NCBI GenBank assembly: GCA_963783385.1
Contig: CAWANJ010000002.1
Span: forward strand, 32,001-96,000
Reading direction: 5' to 3'
Origin: an uncultured Gemmatimonadales bacterium
Lineage (GTDB): Bacteria; Gemmatimonadota; Gemmatimonadetes; Palauibacterales; Palauibacteraceae
Length of the DNA stretch: 64,000 bases
Position numbers and translations under genes: made by a program. Numbering within the stretch: position 1 is the first letter of the stretch; every line of letters starts with the position of its first letter. Shown piece by piece: positions 51,563 to 62,958 of this stretch. The notes under the pieces are model-generated. The model was not told where the DNA came from. It worked only from the letters and a program-made list of their open reading frames with translations, and did not search any database.

Positions 51563-51619
51563 ATGAGTTGTCTGACTACATCTGACTTATATACAATGAG
51601 TTGTCTACAGTCGTCTGAC
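51563..51619. promoter_or_regulatory. AT-rich tandem operator-like repeats
   Basis: ATGAGTTGTCT-N7-TCTGAC occurs twice with a 33 bp period. Confidence 0.5.
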
Positions 51620-51736
51620 CTCGAATCGACCCGGCGGGCGGGTCGTCCCGCGGGGAGGCGTGCCCGCGCCCGCGCGCCTCCCGGGGCGGGGCCGGAGGTG
51701 TGCCCCGTGCTCGCCACGGTGGGGGGACGGTCGGAG

Positions 51737-52279
51737 TCAGCCGCCCCCGGAGCCTCCTCCGGCCGGGGGCGGGGCGCTCATGCCCCCGACGATGCGCCAG
51801 CTGCCGTCCGTCCGTAGCCAGGTGTGCGTGAGTCGGCTGTCGCCGCTCGACTCCGTGCCGTCGGCGGCACGGTAGATCGTGTGGACGGTGTAGAAGGTGA
51901 CCGCCACGTCGTCCAGGACCGTCACGGACAGCGGGTGCAGCTCGTAGTCGAAGGTGCCGGCCCGGATGAACGCGAACTGCTTTTCGACCATGCCGCGCAG
52001 GGCCACGCGGTCCACGGGGGATGCCGTCGCGTGCGGCCAGTCCGCCAGGTGCGGATCCCACAGCGCCATGAACCCCTCCACGTCGGCGGCCTTCCACAGC
52101 TTCCAGTAGGTCGTCTCCCGGTCCCACACCTGCCGCTGCTCGGGCGAGAGCTGCTGGGCGTGGACCGGGCCCGGGGTCCAGGCGAGGAGCAGCGCCGGCG
52201 CGGCGACGGTGAGCGCCAGGGCCGCCGCCGTCGCCCGGCTCCGGATGGGCGATGGCGTCCCGGCTCGCCCGGCCGTCAT
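51737..52279 (-). CDS. exported NTF2-like / DUF4440 protein
   Basis: signal peptide AHAQ-like cleavage, R.THTW...G.WRIVGGMSA. Confidence 0.8.
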   Translation of the reverse strand: MTAGRAGTPSPIRSRATAAALALTVAAPALLLAWTPGPVHAQQLSPEQRQVWDRETTYWKLWKAADVEGFMALWDPHLADWPHATASPVDRVALRGMVEKQFAFIRAGTFDYELHPLSVTVLDDVAVTFYTVHTIYRAADGTESSGDSRLTHTWLRTDGSWRIVGGMSAPPPAGGGSGGG

Positions 52280-52328
52280 GGGCGGAGCCACATCATCGAT
52301 ACGGGCGGGTGCACCCCGTGGAGCGTGG

Positions 52329-52727
52329 TCACGGCGTCTCCTCCTCGGTCCAGGCTCGGGCTTCGATCTCCACGAGCATGCGGGGGTCGATGAGACGGCT
52401 CACCTCGACCATGGTCGTGGCCGGGCGTCCGTCGCCGAAGAACTCCGCGTGCGCGCGGCCCACCGCCTCCCAGTCCTCGATCCTCGTGACATACATGCGA
52501 GTGCGCACGACGTCGGCGGCGCTCCCGCCCAGGCGCTCGAGGGCGGCGACGATGTTGGTGAGAGCCTGGACGGCCTGACGGTACGCGTCTCCCTCGCCGA
52601 CCAGCTCGCCCGCGCGGTCCAGCGCCGTGGTGCCGGACACCTCGATGAGGGGCCCGACCCGGACGGCCCGCGAGTAGCCCACGCGGGCCTCCCACTCGGT
52701 GCCCGTCCTCACCCGCCGGCGGCTCAC
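52329..52727 (-). CDS. RidA/YjgF family protein
   Basis: WEARVGYSRAVRVG..IEVSGTTA, VVRTRMYV, LVEIEA. Confidence 0.92.
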   Translation of the reverse strand: MSRRRVRTGTEWEARVGYSRAVRVGPLIEVSGTTALDRAGELVGEGDAYRQAVQALTNIVAALERLGGSAADVVRTRMYVTRIEDWEAVGRAHAEFFGDGRPATTMVEVSRLIDPRMLVEIEARAWTEEETP

Positions 52728-52765
52728 GCGGGCCGGCTCGACGGGAGCGCGACTCCTGCCTCCGA

Positions 52766-53432
52766 TCACCACGCGGCGATCACGGCGAACCCCGTCTCGT
52801 GCCGGCGAACTTCGGGGATCAGGCCCGCGTCCCGAAGCCAGGCCAGCTCGCTCTCGAGCGGAAAGTAGGTGTCCTCTCCCGCCCAGGCCTCCAGGTGGCC
52901 CTCCGCCTCGGCGCGCGTGAAGGAGCGCTCCAGGTGGGTCAGCCAGGCCTCCCGATCCGCCGCGTCGGCGCGCGGCTCTCCGGCCAGGAAACGGTCGGCG
53001 GAGACCAGGACCCCGCCGGCCCTGAGCGCCGCGGCGCAGCGGGCGTACAGGGCCCGCTTGGTCGTCGCGCTCGGAACGTGGTGCAGCGCCAGGGAGGCCA
53101 CGACCGCATCGCAGGGCGGCAGCGGCGTCTCCAGCAGGTCGCCTTCGAGGAGCCGACCGCGCGGTGAGCGCCGCAGCGGACCGCGTGCCGCCCGCAGCAT
53201 GCCCGGGTCGGCGTCGATCCCGGTCAGGCGGGCGTCGGGCCGGACCTCCAGGCATGCCTCCGCCAGGGCCCCCGTGCCGATCCCCAGGTCGACGATCGTC
53301 GGGATCGGCGGCGGGCAGGTCGGCCAGGACACTGGCCGTGGCGCGCAGCATCGCCTCGTAGCCAGGCACGAAGGCGCGGATGCTCGCGTCGTATTCGTCC
53401 AGCTCGATCCGGAGGTGGCCGGCTACGCCCAT
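52766..53432 (-). CDS. class I SAM methyltransferase; frameshift at about 53335
   Basis: YD..IR.FVPGY, IVDLGIGTG, SLALHH. Confidence 0.85.
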
Positions 53433-53470
53433 GCGTCCAGTCGGTCCGGGGTGCATCGCGACCGCAAGGG

Positions 53471-54799
53471 TCAGGGTCCCGGCGTTCCGCGGCCGGGTCG
53501 GCGCTCGAACACAACATAGGCCAGGAGGCCCAGGACCGCCGTCCCCAGGGCCCCGAGCACGGCCGGAAGGCCGTAGTCGGGTTGAGTGATCTCCATGCCC
53601 ACCACCGCGACCAGGATCGCCATTGGAACGGCGGCCATCACGGTGACGCCCGCGTCGCCCACGGGGATTCGGAAGGCGCCCCGGAGCTCCGGCTCATGCC
53701 GTCGGAGCGCGATGAGGGCCCCGAACTCGAGCGACAGCGCCATGGCGTACAGGAGCACGTCCGCCACCACCAGGCCCTCGAGCGGGACGAGGGCGAAGGC
53801 CGAGTAGAACACGGCGGCGAACAGGACCGCGTTGCGGGGCGTCCCGTTCCGATCCGTCTTTGCGATGACCGCGGGGAGCATGCCGTCCTCCGCCATGGCC
53901 AGCGGGATCCGCGAGTAGGCCAGGAGAAGCGAGTTGTACAGGGCGAGGGCGCTCAGCATGCCGCCCGCGGCCACGACCACGGCCAGGACCGCGCCCGTCC
54001 CGCCGCCTACCGCCATGCGCACGATCTCCGGCCACTGGCGTCCCCGCCAGCCGGTCCAGTCCGTCGCCGCCAGGGCTGCGGTCAGGGGCACCAGGTAGTT
54101 GAGGACCACCAGGGGAACGCTCCACGCCAGGGCCCGCGGGTAGCTCCGCGTGGCGTCCACGACCTCGCCCTGCACGGTGGAGGCGTTGTCCCAGCCAATG
54201 TAGTTCCACAGCGCCAGGGAGAGAGCCACGCCGATGGCACCCGCTCCCGCATGCTCGGGCGCGTGGAAGGGCACCCAGGGGATGTGACCGACATGGGGCA
54301 GCGCGGCCGCGACGACCGCGACGAACGCGGTCAGGATGAGCCCGCCGGCCACCACCGACACCCGGCCCACGGGCAGCGCCCCGCGCAGGTTGATGGCCGT
54401 GGCGCCCCAGATCACCGCCAGAGCCACGATCCACTGCCGGCCGGCCGTGAGGTGCGGGAAGAAGTAGGCCAGGTAGGTGTTGAACATGACCGGGTAGATG
54501 GCCATGTCGAACAGGGAGTACATCCACGTCCACCATCCGTTCTGGAACGCCCAGAAGCGGCCGAAGGCGCGGTACACCCACCGGTAGTAGCCGCCCTCCT
54601 CGGGGAGCATGCTGGCCAGCTCGCCGACGATCAGCGCCTCCGGCACCGACCAGAAGATGGGCACGAGGAGGAGAATCAGGAGCCCGAGACCCGGCCCCAC
54701 CTTCGCCACGAGCTCCTCGGTCGTGTACGGTCCCCCCGAGGTGCAGAAGTAGAGGATGAAGACGAGGGGGAGGGTGGAGATGGTGCGGCGCAGCCTCAC
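53471..54799 (-). CDS. APC family permease (polyamine/amino-acid transporter-like)
   Basis: SGGPYTTE, ELASMLPEEGGYYRWV, WNYIGWDNAST. Confidence 0.9.
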   Translation of the reverse strand: MRLRRTISTLPLVFILYFCTSGGPYTTEELVAKVGPGLGLLILLLVPIFWSVPEALIVGELASMLPEEGGYYRWVYRAFGRFWAFQNGWWTWMYSLFDMAIYPVMFNTYLAYFFPHLTAGRQWIVALAVIWGATAINLRGALPVGRVSVVAGGLILTAFVAVVAAALPHVGHIPWVPFHAPEHAGAGAIGVALSLALWNYIGWDNASTVQGEVVDATRSYPRALAWSVPLVVLNYLVPLTAALAATDWTGWRGRQWPEIVRMAVGGGTGAVLAVVVAAGGMLSALALYNSLLLAYSRIPLAMAEDGMLPAVIAKTDRNGTPRNAVLFAAVFYSAFALVPLEGLVVADVLLYAMALSLEFGALIALRRHEPELRGAFRIPVGDAGVTVMAAVPMAILVAVVGMEITQPDYGLPAVLGALGTAVLGLLAYVVFERRPGRGTPGP

Positions 54800-55371
54800 C
54801 GGCCGCTCCGCCGGGGGAGGAGGATCGACCCGACGTGCTCGTCCACCTCGCGCCGGGTCAGGACGACGAGGAGCGCCTCGGCCTCGGTGAGGATGCCGAG
54901 CACGCCGGCCGGCAGGACGAGCCAGTCCAGCCGGCCGGGGAGGAGCAGGGCGGCCACGATGAAAGCGTACAGGATCACCGCGGCCACTTTCGCCGAGTAG
55001 AGGTGGAGATTGCCGAAGCGCCGGAATCGGATCCAGCCGGCCCCGATCGACACCACGAACATCGCCACCCACGCGAGCACGAGGACCGCGTGCGCACGGA
55101 GGAGTTCGGGTCGGAGGAGCCACAGCCACGCGGCGCACGAGGGAAGGAGCAGGTTGTCCGCCAGGGAGTCGAACCGCGCCCCGAACGCCGTGCCGCCCGA
55201 CCCCAGGCGCCGGGCCGCGAATCCGTCGGCCGCGTCCGTGAGCCCGGCCACCAGGAGGCCCCAGCCCACCAGGGCGCCGCGTCCCGCCAGCGCCGCCACC
55301 CACAGGAGGGGCACCAGGACCAGCCGGATCGCCGTGAGGATGTCGGGCAGACGGGCCAGCGCTCGGATCAT
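54796..55371 (-). CDS. CDP-alcohol phosphatidyltransferase
   Basis: TDAADGFAARR...G..FDSLAD. Confidence 0.9.
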   Translation of the reverse strand: MIRALARLPDILTAIRLVLVPLLWVAALAGRGALVGWGLLVAGLTDAADGFAARRLGSGGTAFGARFDSLADNLLLPSCAAWLWLLRPELLRAHAVLVLAWVAMFVVSIGAGWIRFRRFGNLHLYSAKVAAVILYAFIVAALLLPGRLDWLVLPAGVLGILTEAEALLVVLTRREVDEHVGSILLPRRSGR

Positions 55372-55410
55372 GGTCTCGCCTCCACGGTTACGACCTCGGC
55401 CGGCGCCCGC

Positions 55411-56106
55411 CTACGAGCCCCCGAGCCGGCGCCGGTCACGGCGGGCTCGCCCCAGCCGGCGCCGGGCCTCGCCCGCGGACTCGCCCGGCTCGCGCTCCTC
55501 GACGTGCACGCCGCCCATGACCGCGAGCCCGCGCACCCGGAGGACCGGCGCGCCGGGGTCCGTCACCGGCTCGACCTGGCGGTGGTCGAAGCCGCCCATG
55601 ATGCCGAGCCCGTGCGCTTCCACCCGGATCCCGGGCGGGACCACGATGTGGACACCGCCCATCACGGCCAGCACCTCGACGTCGGTGACCGGGGCCCCGA
55701 ACCGGGCCTGCCGGAAATCGAGCTCGACGCCGCCCATCGCCGCCAGCACGCGGAGCTCGCGCGGAGGCACCCAGGTTCCCTCCCGCCTCGAGCCGCCCAG
55801 TAGGGCGAGCACGTAGCCGTTCTCGCGGGGCGTGACGCCGGGCTCGAGGCGGGGAGCGTCGGTCGCGGTCGCGGCCGGCTCCGGCGGGCGGAGCTCGGCC
55901 TCGACCGGGAGGGCGGGAAGGTCCCGGACCAGGGCGTCGAGCGCACCCCGGTCGGGCGCGGCGATGGCCGAGTCCAGCCGCCGCTCGAGCTCCTCCACCT
56001 CCAGGTGGTCGCGCGAGAAGTGGCGCGTGAGCTCCTGGATGGTGCGCTCCCGCTCCTCCTCCAGCGTGCGGGCGGGGCGGGCCGGGGGTCCGGCGTCCGC
56101 GCTCAT
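55411..56106 (-). CDS. DUF1707 plus LiaF/DUF2154-like domain protein
   Basis: ERERTI..L..HF...L..EELERRL..A; repeated MGGV. Confidence 0.82.
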   Translation of the reverse strand: MSADAGPPARPARTLEEERERTIQELTRHFSRDHLEVEELERRLDSAIAAPDRGALDALVRDLPALPVEAELRPPEPAATATDAPRLEPGVTPRENGYVLALLGGSRREGTWVPPRELRVLAAMGGVELDFRQARFGAPVTDVEVLAVMGGVHIVVPPGIRVEAHGLGIMGGFDHRQVEPVTDPGAPVLRVRGLAVMGGVHVEEREPGESAGEARRRLGRARRDRRRLGGS

Positions 56107-56309
56107 GTGCGCTGCTCCGTCTCCACGCTCGTCCTCCCTCCGGGCTCCGAGCGGCGGTCACGCGCCCCGCTCCTCTGCGAGGATCGGGCTCGCCGATCCT
56201 GGGATCCAGACCCAAGATCGCCCCCCGCCGGCCGGCCGTCGAGCCATCGCCTTGTCCGCGTCCACCGAATCGCCCTATGGTCCTCGGCTGAACCTACAGG
56301 AGGAGTCGC

Positions 56310-59300
56310 ATGTCACGCGCAGCATTCGCCCACGGTGCCCGCCACGGCTTCCTCGCCGCCGCTCTCGTCGCACTCCTCGCCCTGCCGGTGGGGCTCTCGG
56401 CCCAGTCACCGCCGGCCACGGACGCGGCGCTCGGCGCGCTGCGGTGGCGGAGCATCGGGCCCTACGTGGGCGGACGCGTGGTCGCGGTGACGGGCGTCCG
56501 CGGTCATCCCGACCTGTTCTACATGGGGGCGGTGGATGGCGGGATCTGGAAGAGCACGGACTACGGCCTCCAGTGGACCAATCTCTCCGACGGCGCGCTG
56601 CCGGGATCGAGCGAGAGCATCGGCGCTCTCGCGGTCGCCCCCTCCAATCCGCAGGTCCTCTACGCCGGCACGGGCGAGAACGACATTCGCGGCGATATGA
56701 TCACCGGGGACGGCGTGTTCCGCTCGGCCGACGGCGGCACGACGTGGACGGAGGCCGGGCTGGCCGACACGCACACGATCAGCGGCCTGGTGGTGGACCC
56801 GAGGAGCTCCGACGTGGTCTACGCCTCCTCGATGGGCCACGTGTTCGTGCCCGGGCCGCACCGCGGCGTGTTCAAGTCCACCGATGGCGGGAAGACGTGG
56901 ACGAAGGTGCTGTTCGTGAACGACAGCACGGGCGTGATCGACCTCGTGATGGACCCACAGCACCCCGACGTGCTGTACGCGGCGGCCTGGCAGGCCTACC
57001 GGAAGCCATGGAAGCTGTCGAGCGGCGGCCCGGGAAGCTCACTCTACAAGACGACGGACGGCGGACAGCACTGGACGAAGCTCTCGGGCAACCCGGGCTT
57101 CCCCGGGGGCGTGCTCGGGAAGATCGGGGTGGCCGTCGCGGCCAGCCAGCCGAACGTGGTCTACGCCACCGTCCAGGCGAAGCGGGGCGGGGTGTTCCGC
57201 TCCGACGACGGCGGCGCCACCTGGAGCCGGGTCAACGACGCCTGGAAGCTCCGGCAACGCGCCTTCTACTACATGGCCATCTTCGTCGACCCGAAGGACC
57301 CGAACACCGTCTACATGCCCGAGGTGGACGCGCTGTTCGTGTCGCACGACGGCGCCAAGAGCTTCTCCGAGCTCCACACGCCGCACGGGGACAACCACAC
57401 GCTGTGGATCGACCCCGACGACCCGAGCATCCTGCTCGAGGGGAACGACGGCGGGGCGACGGTCTCGACGGACGGCGGCAAGAGCTGGAGCACGGAGCAC
57501 AACCAGCCCACGGGCCAGTTCTACAGCGTGAACCTGGACCACCGGTTCCCCTTCCACGTGTACGGCGCGCAGCAGGACGAGGGCTCCACCGAGGGACCCA
57601 GCTCCACGAGCCACGACGGGATCCCGCTGTCCGCCTGGAAGGAGACGGCCTACGGCGAGAGCACGCCGTCCGTGCCCGAGCCGGGGAACCCGGCCGTCAC
57701 CTACGGAAGCGGCTACTTCAGCATCTTCCTGCGCTTCGACGATTCCACGTCCCAGTTCCAGAGCGTGAGCCCGTGGCCGAACTACCAGGAGGGAGCCTCG
57801 GCCGGCGAGCTCAAGTACCGGTTCGCGTGGACGCACCCGATCCTGTTCTCACCGTCGAAGCCGGACGAGCTGTTCGTCGGCTCGCAGTACGTCATGCGCA
57901 GCCTGGACCACGGCCGCAGCTGGAAGGTGATCAGCCCCGACCTGACGCGAAACGACCCGGCCACCGAAGCCCCCACCGGCGGGCCCATCGACCTGGACCA
58001 GTCGGGCGCCGAGATCTACCCGTACGTATCCGCCCTGGCCGTGTCCCCGAAGGACGACGGCGTGATCTGGGCGGGCTCCTCGGACGGGCTCGTGCACGTC
58101 ACGCGCGGACGGCGGGGCGCATTGGAAGACGGTGACGCCGCCGGGGCTCCCGAGGGAGTTCCGGACGAGCGCGATCGAGCCCTCGCACGTGGACGCCGGG
58201 CACCGCCTACATGGTCGTGCGGCGCTACATGTGGGACGACTTCACGCCCTACGTGTTCAGGACCACCGACTACGGGGCGCACTGGACGTCGATCACGAAG
58301 GGACTGCCGGCCGACCAGTACGCGTGGGCGATCCGCCAGGACCCGCGCGACCCCGACCTCCTGTTCCTCGGGACCGAGACCACCGTGTACGTGAGCCTGG
58401 ACGGCGGGGCCGGCTGGCGGCCGCTGTCGCTCAACCTGCCGCCCGTCCAGGTCCGGGACGTGGCGGTCGACACGCGGCAGGGCGAGGTCGTGATCGCCAC
58501 GCACGGGCGGTCCTTCTGGATCCTGGACGACCTGGCGCTCCTCGAGCAGCGGACGAAGCGGGGAGCGGTGGCCGCCGACAGCACGGCGCTGTTCGCCCCC
58601 GAGCGCGTCTGGCTGAGCCACGCGTACGGCAAGCCCTCCCGCGAGCGGTCCGGAGGCACGTCGGGCGAAAACCCGCCCTTCGGGGCCACGGTCTTCTTCC
58701 GCGTGCCCGCGAGCTGGGACGGACACACGCCCGTGCAACTCGCGTTCTCGGACGCCCGTGGCCGCACGATCCGGAGCTTCGAGCTGCACATGAAGCGGAA
58801 GGGGAGCGCCGCCGGACACCGCGGCGGCCGCGGAACGGACCCCGGCCGAGCGGAAGGCGGCCGCCGAGCGCAAGCTCACGGCGATCGAGCCGGGCACGAA
58901 CCGGTTCCAGTGGGACCTGCGTTACCCGGATGCCACGGAAGTGAAGGGCTTCCACACGCCGGTGCCGGCGGGCGGGCTTCCCGACGACGTCAACGGGCCG
59001 GTGGTGGCGCCGGGCCACTACCGGGTCACCCTGGAGTACGGGGGCCGCGAGCTGTCGGAGAGCTTCGACGTCTCCCTGGATCCGAGGATCCGGGCCACGC
59101 AGAGGAGCTGGAGGACCGCCTGGCGCTCCAGCTCCGCATCCACGCGGCGCTCGACTCCCTGGACCGGGCCCTGAACCGCGCCATCGACGTCCGGGACAGC
59201 CTGGCCACGGCCGCCGGCTCGAGCCCGTCGTCGGGACAGAAGGCGGCCCTCGACGGGCTCGGCGGGACCATCGGTGATCTCGTGCAGCTCGACACCCATT

Positions 59301-59524
59301 CCAGCGAGGGCACGCTGCTGCACGAGACCAGGCTCCGGAGCCACCTGGCCTACCTGGCCTCGGACCTCGACCTGGCCTACGCGGAGCCGACGCCCGCGCA
59401 GCGGGCCGTGTTTCGTGAGCTGGCCGCTGAGGCCCGAAGGGGCGAGAAGGCGCTGGCGGCCGCGGCCGCGAAGGCGAGGTCGGCGCGCCAGGCGCCTACA
59501 GCCGCCACAGGTAGCTGGCCTTGA
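56310..59524 (+). CDS. VPS10/BNR repeat glycosyl hydrolase-like exported protein; several frameshifts
   Basis: WRSIGP..GGR, HGDNH.LWID, YRFAWTHPI, ATHGRSFWILDD, NPPFGA; breaks at about 58105, 58200, 58810 and 59100. Confidence 0.88.
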
Positions 59525-61848
59525 TGAAGAAGCCGTCGTTGACGCGCCGGAGCCCCGGACTCGAGAGGCTGAACGCCTCGGGCTGGGTGAGCAGCACGCC
59601 GTAGCCGAAGAAGAACACCGTGCCGGGTGACGGCTTGAAGGAGAACAGGACGTCGTTCCGGAAGGTGTTCGAGGTGAAGCCCGCCCCCGACACGTAGTCC
59701 GCGGCGGCCGTGTCGAAGGGCGCCAGCGGCTCGCCGGTGCGCGGGTCGTGCAGCGTCGCCTGACGCTGGGCCACGTACTGGCCGATGTAGCGCACGAACA
59801 GGGGTCGGCTGAGCTGGAAGTCGACCTCGAGCCGCGGGATGTTGGCCAGCGCGAACTCGCTCCCGTCCCGCGACCGGGTGATGCGGTCGTGGACCCACGA
59901 GGCTGACACCCGCAGGGCCTGGGTCGGCTTCCAGGCCAGCGACAGCGTCGTGTTCAGCTCCCGGCCCTCGCTCGCCTCCTCGAAGATCGCGGCCCCGCCG
60001 TACGACCCGCTCCCCGACACCTGGAGTGCCCGGTTCGGACTCGAGAAGCCGAGCGAGCCCCTCCAGAAGTGGTGCGTGCCGCCGGGCACCCGGAAGGCGA
60101 CGGTGTCCGCGCCGCGCACCACCCCGTAGCCGGCGAAGGCGGCCGTGTCGAACCGGACGGGGTTGTCGTTCAGGCTGGTGTTAACGCTCCATCCGCCCCG
60201 GAGGGTCGCGTTCCAGTTGTTGCCGTAGGTCCCCTCGATCGGGCTGCGGGCGTGCAGGAAGTCCTCGTAGCGCCACAGCGGCTGGACCATGAAGTAGGTC
60301 GAGAGCCGTTCGATCAGGGCCCCGGGCGCGCCGTACCAGGTGAAGCGGTTGAACAGTCGGCTGGAGACGACGCCCGTGCGGTTCACGAAGCCGCTCTGCG
60401 CCCGGAAGCCGGGGCTCACGCCCTCGAACTCGAAGTGGTTGCCGTAGTTCCTCCCCGTGCGGTCGCCGAGCACCAGGTCCCACAGCAGCCCGTCGTTCGA
60501 GCCGGTGCCGTCGCCCGTCCACGAGCGCACCAGCTGCAGCCTGCGAGAACCACTTCTTGAGCCACACGACCCGTGCGTCGCCGCCCGCGACGCGGTTGTA
60601 GGCGCTCCCCTCGATCCGGTCCGTGTACACGAGGCCGAGCGTGGAGCTGGCCCCGAGGTCGCGGCGCACCCGCAGGAGGTTGAACACCGGGTTTTCGCCC
60701 GTGAGCGGGTCGCGCGTGTCGACCGCGCCCAGGTAGGCCACGTTCGTGGAGCCCACCTTGCCGATCAGCTTGGCGCCCGCCACCGGCTGCACGATCTGAC
60801 GGGTGTAGATGAGCGTGTTAGGGGTGTCGTACTGCTCGAGGCCATCCAGGAAGAAGGGTCGCTTCTCGGGATAGAACAGGGCGAAGCGCTGGTTCACCGT
60901 CACCTGGGCCACGTCCGCCTCGACCTGGGAGAAATCGGGGTGGGCCGTGGCGGCCAGCCCCAGGTTGTTGGTGATCCCCCAGTGCAGCGTGCCGCCCACC
61001 TCCGGCGTGGTCGTGTAACCGTACCCCGAACTCCCCGGCGCACCGTCGATCCGCGTCGTGACCTCGGGATTGACGTCCATGACCAGGCCGCGCTCCAGGT
61101 CGTGCAGCCCCACCAGCGTCCCCGACTGGATGAGGAAGCTGGCGTTGGCCCGCACCACCGGGGTCCAGGTGTCCTCGTAGCCCGAGTGCTGGACCCGGCG
61201 CACGACCTGGAGACCCCAGGTCTGCGTCTTCGTGCTCTGGTAACGCAGGCTCTTGAACGGGATCCGGATCTCGACCTGGTAGCCCCAGTCGGTCACGTGG
61301 CCCCGGGACCGCCACACGAAGTCGGGGTTCAGGTCAACGTTGCCGTCGAAGCGGCCATTGGTGTTGTTGCCGCCCGCCGTGCCGAACTGGCCCTCGCTCC
61401 GCACCCCGTCCTCCTGGATGCCCAGCGGGTTGACCGCGAACTCGAGGGCCCGCCGGTGGTCGTCGTACGTGTCGAGGAGGATCTGGACGTTGTCGTCCGC
61501 GTCGATCGCGTCGCGGTCGGCCAGCGTGGCCCGCACGGCGCCGCGGCCGTGCGGCTCGAAGGCGCGCACCCCGAAGTAGATGGCCCGCGGACCGTACCAC
61601 ACGAGAATCTCGGTCGAGTCGGTGGCGGGCAGGCCATCGACGGGCTGGTACTGGGAGAAACCGGTGAGCACGGCGGCCCGGCGCCAGGCCGCTTCGTCCA
61701 GCTCGCCGTCGACGATGATCGTCGACGAGTCGACCCGCGGGATTCGGACGGCAAGCTGATGGGCCCGGCCGTCGTACACGGAGCCGGTGTCCTGCCCCGG
61801 AGGCGCGGCCTGCGCGGCGGCGAGAGTGAGAAGCAGCGGGACCAGCAC
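59496..61848 (-). CDS. CBM9-like plus DUF5916 outer-membrane protein; frameshift at about 60540
   Basis: VDGELDEAAW, EIRIPFKSLRY, PDFSQVEAD, EKRPFF, C-terminal FFIKASYLWRL. Confidence 0.88.
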
Positions 61849-61919
61849 GAGTATGCACGTCCAGGGTTCGAGTCGAGCGCTACAGGCTGGCGGGGCCGGA
61901 CCCGGGCGTCAAGGGAAGA
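61663..61919 (-). repeat. copy 1 of a direct repeat (upstream region and 5' end of the DUF5916 gene)
   Basis: aligns to 63683-63945. Confidence 0.85.
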
Positions 61920-62102
61920 GACGCGCACGGGGAGGGTGGCGGGTTCCCGTGTCGGCCGGTGCCGACGCCGCGGCGCCGGTCACCGGAATGCCACAGAAGT
62001 CCCCAGGGTCTGTGGCAAAGGGACCACATCGCGGCGCCCGTCCTCCGGCCTCGGAATCCGTCGGAAGGGACTCCCTAGCAGCCGTTCCAGAGGTCTGAGC
62101 CG

Positions 62103-62118
62103 AGGCACAGAGATTGCC
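62103..62118 (+). promoter_or_regulatory. putative sigma-54 promoter
   Basis: aGGCACagagaTTGC fits GG-N10-GC; inverted repeat at 61989-62017 upstream. Confidence 0.55.
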
Positions 62119-62223
62119 TTTATGGACGCGATGGAGCCCGCGCGAGAATTCCGACGGTGGCCCGTCGGCACGCTTTCTGGTACGGCACGTGTCAACTCTG
62201 TCCGAGCCGGGGACCAACGAAAA

Positions 62224-62958
62224 ATGGACACCACACATTTGTTGGGTGAGATTCGCCACCGCATCCGCCGAACCCTCCACCTCTCCACCCCCGCCCATCG
62301 TCCCCTGTCCGCCCGACTCGACGCCGCGGGGTGGTGGGACCACCTTTACTCCACCTACGCTCCCTACTCGGCGGTCGGCAACTTCGCCTTCGACGAGGAG
62401 TGGAACCAGCGGGAGCACGCGCAGCGATGGGACTTCGTCACCTCCGTGCTCGAGCCCGACGTCTCCCTGTCGGGGACGAGGGTCCTGGAGGCGGGCTGCG
62501 GGCCCGGCATGTTCACGATGCGCCTGCTCGAGGCCGGGGCACGGGTGACGGCGTTCGACATTTCGTCCGTGGCGATCGACCGGTGGAAGGAGTTCGTGGG
62601 GCCCACGGATCGGGCGGACGTCCGCCAGGCCACGATGGAGGACTTCACCAGTACGGATCGCTTCGATCTCGTCCTGTGTCTCGGCGTGCTGGTTTCGATC
62701 CGGGAGGACGCGGTCCAGGAGCGGGCGTTCCTCAACCTGGCCTCTTACCTGAAGGAGCCCGGTTACCTGCTGGTCGAGGAGATGCTCGCCGATGTTCCCG
62801 AGGCCCGCACCGACCACCCCCAGCTCAGGTTCCGTAGCCTGGAGGAGTACCGGTCGCTGGCCGACCGGGCGGGCCTGCGGCTGGTGCGCGATGTGACCCG
62901 CCCGGCACGGGTCGAGGGCCGGCCCTGGCACGCGCTGCTGTTCGCCCGGCGAGACTAG
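62224..62958 (+). CDS. class I SAM methyltransferase
   Basis: VLEAGCGPG, AFDIS, FDLVLC.GVL, LK..G.LLV.E. Confidence 0.88.
   Translation: MDTTHLLGEIRHRIRRTLHLSTPAHRPLSARLDAAGWWDHLYSTYAPYSAVGNFAFDEEWNQREHAQRWDFVTSVLEPDVSLSGTRVLEAGCGPGMFTMRLLEAGARVTAFDISSVAIDRWKEFVGPTDRADVRQATMEDFTSTDRFDLVLCLGVLVSIREDAVQERAFLNLASYLKEPGYLLVEEMLADVPEARTDHPQLRFRSLEEYRSLADRAGLRLVRDVTRPARVEGRPWHALLFARRD

Noticed and set aside
37083-61848. Numerous frameshifts as programmed frameshifting or mass pseudogenisation
   Set aside because: They are single-base shifts scattered over unrelated genes that keep their catalytic motifs, with no shared slippery site. Sequencing indels are more likely; read-level checking would settle it.
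60457-62958. 833-aa plus-strand ORF
   Set aside because: Mostly the antisense shadow of the DUF5916 gene; only 62224-62958 is a recognisable methyltransferase.
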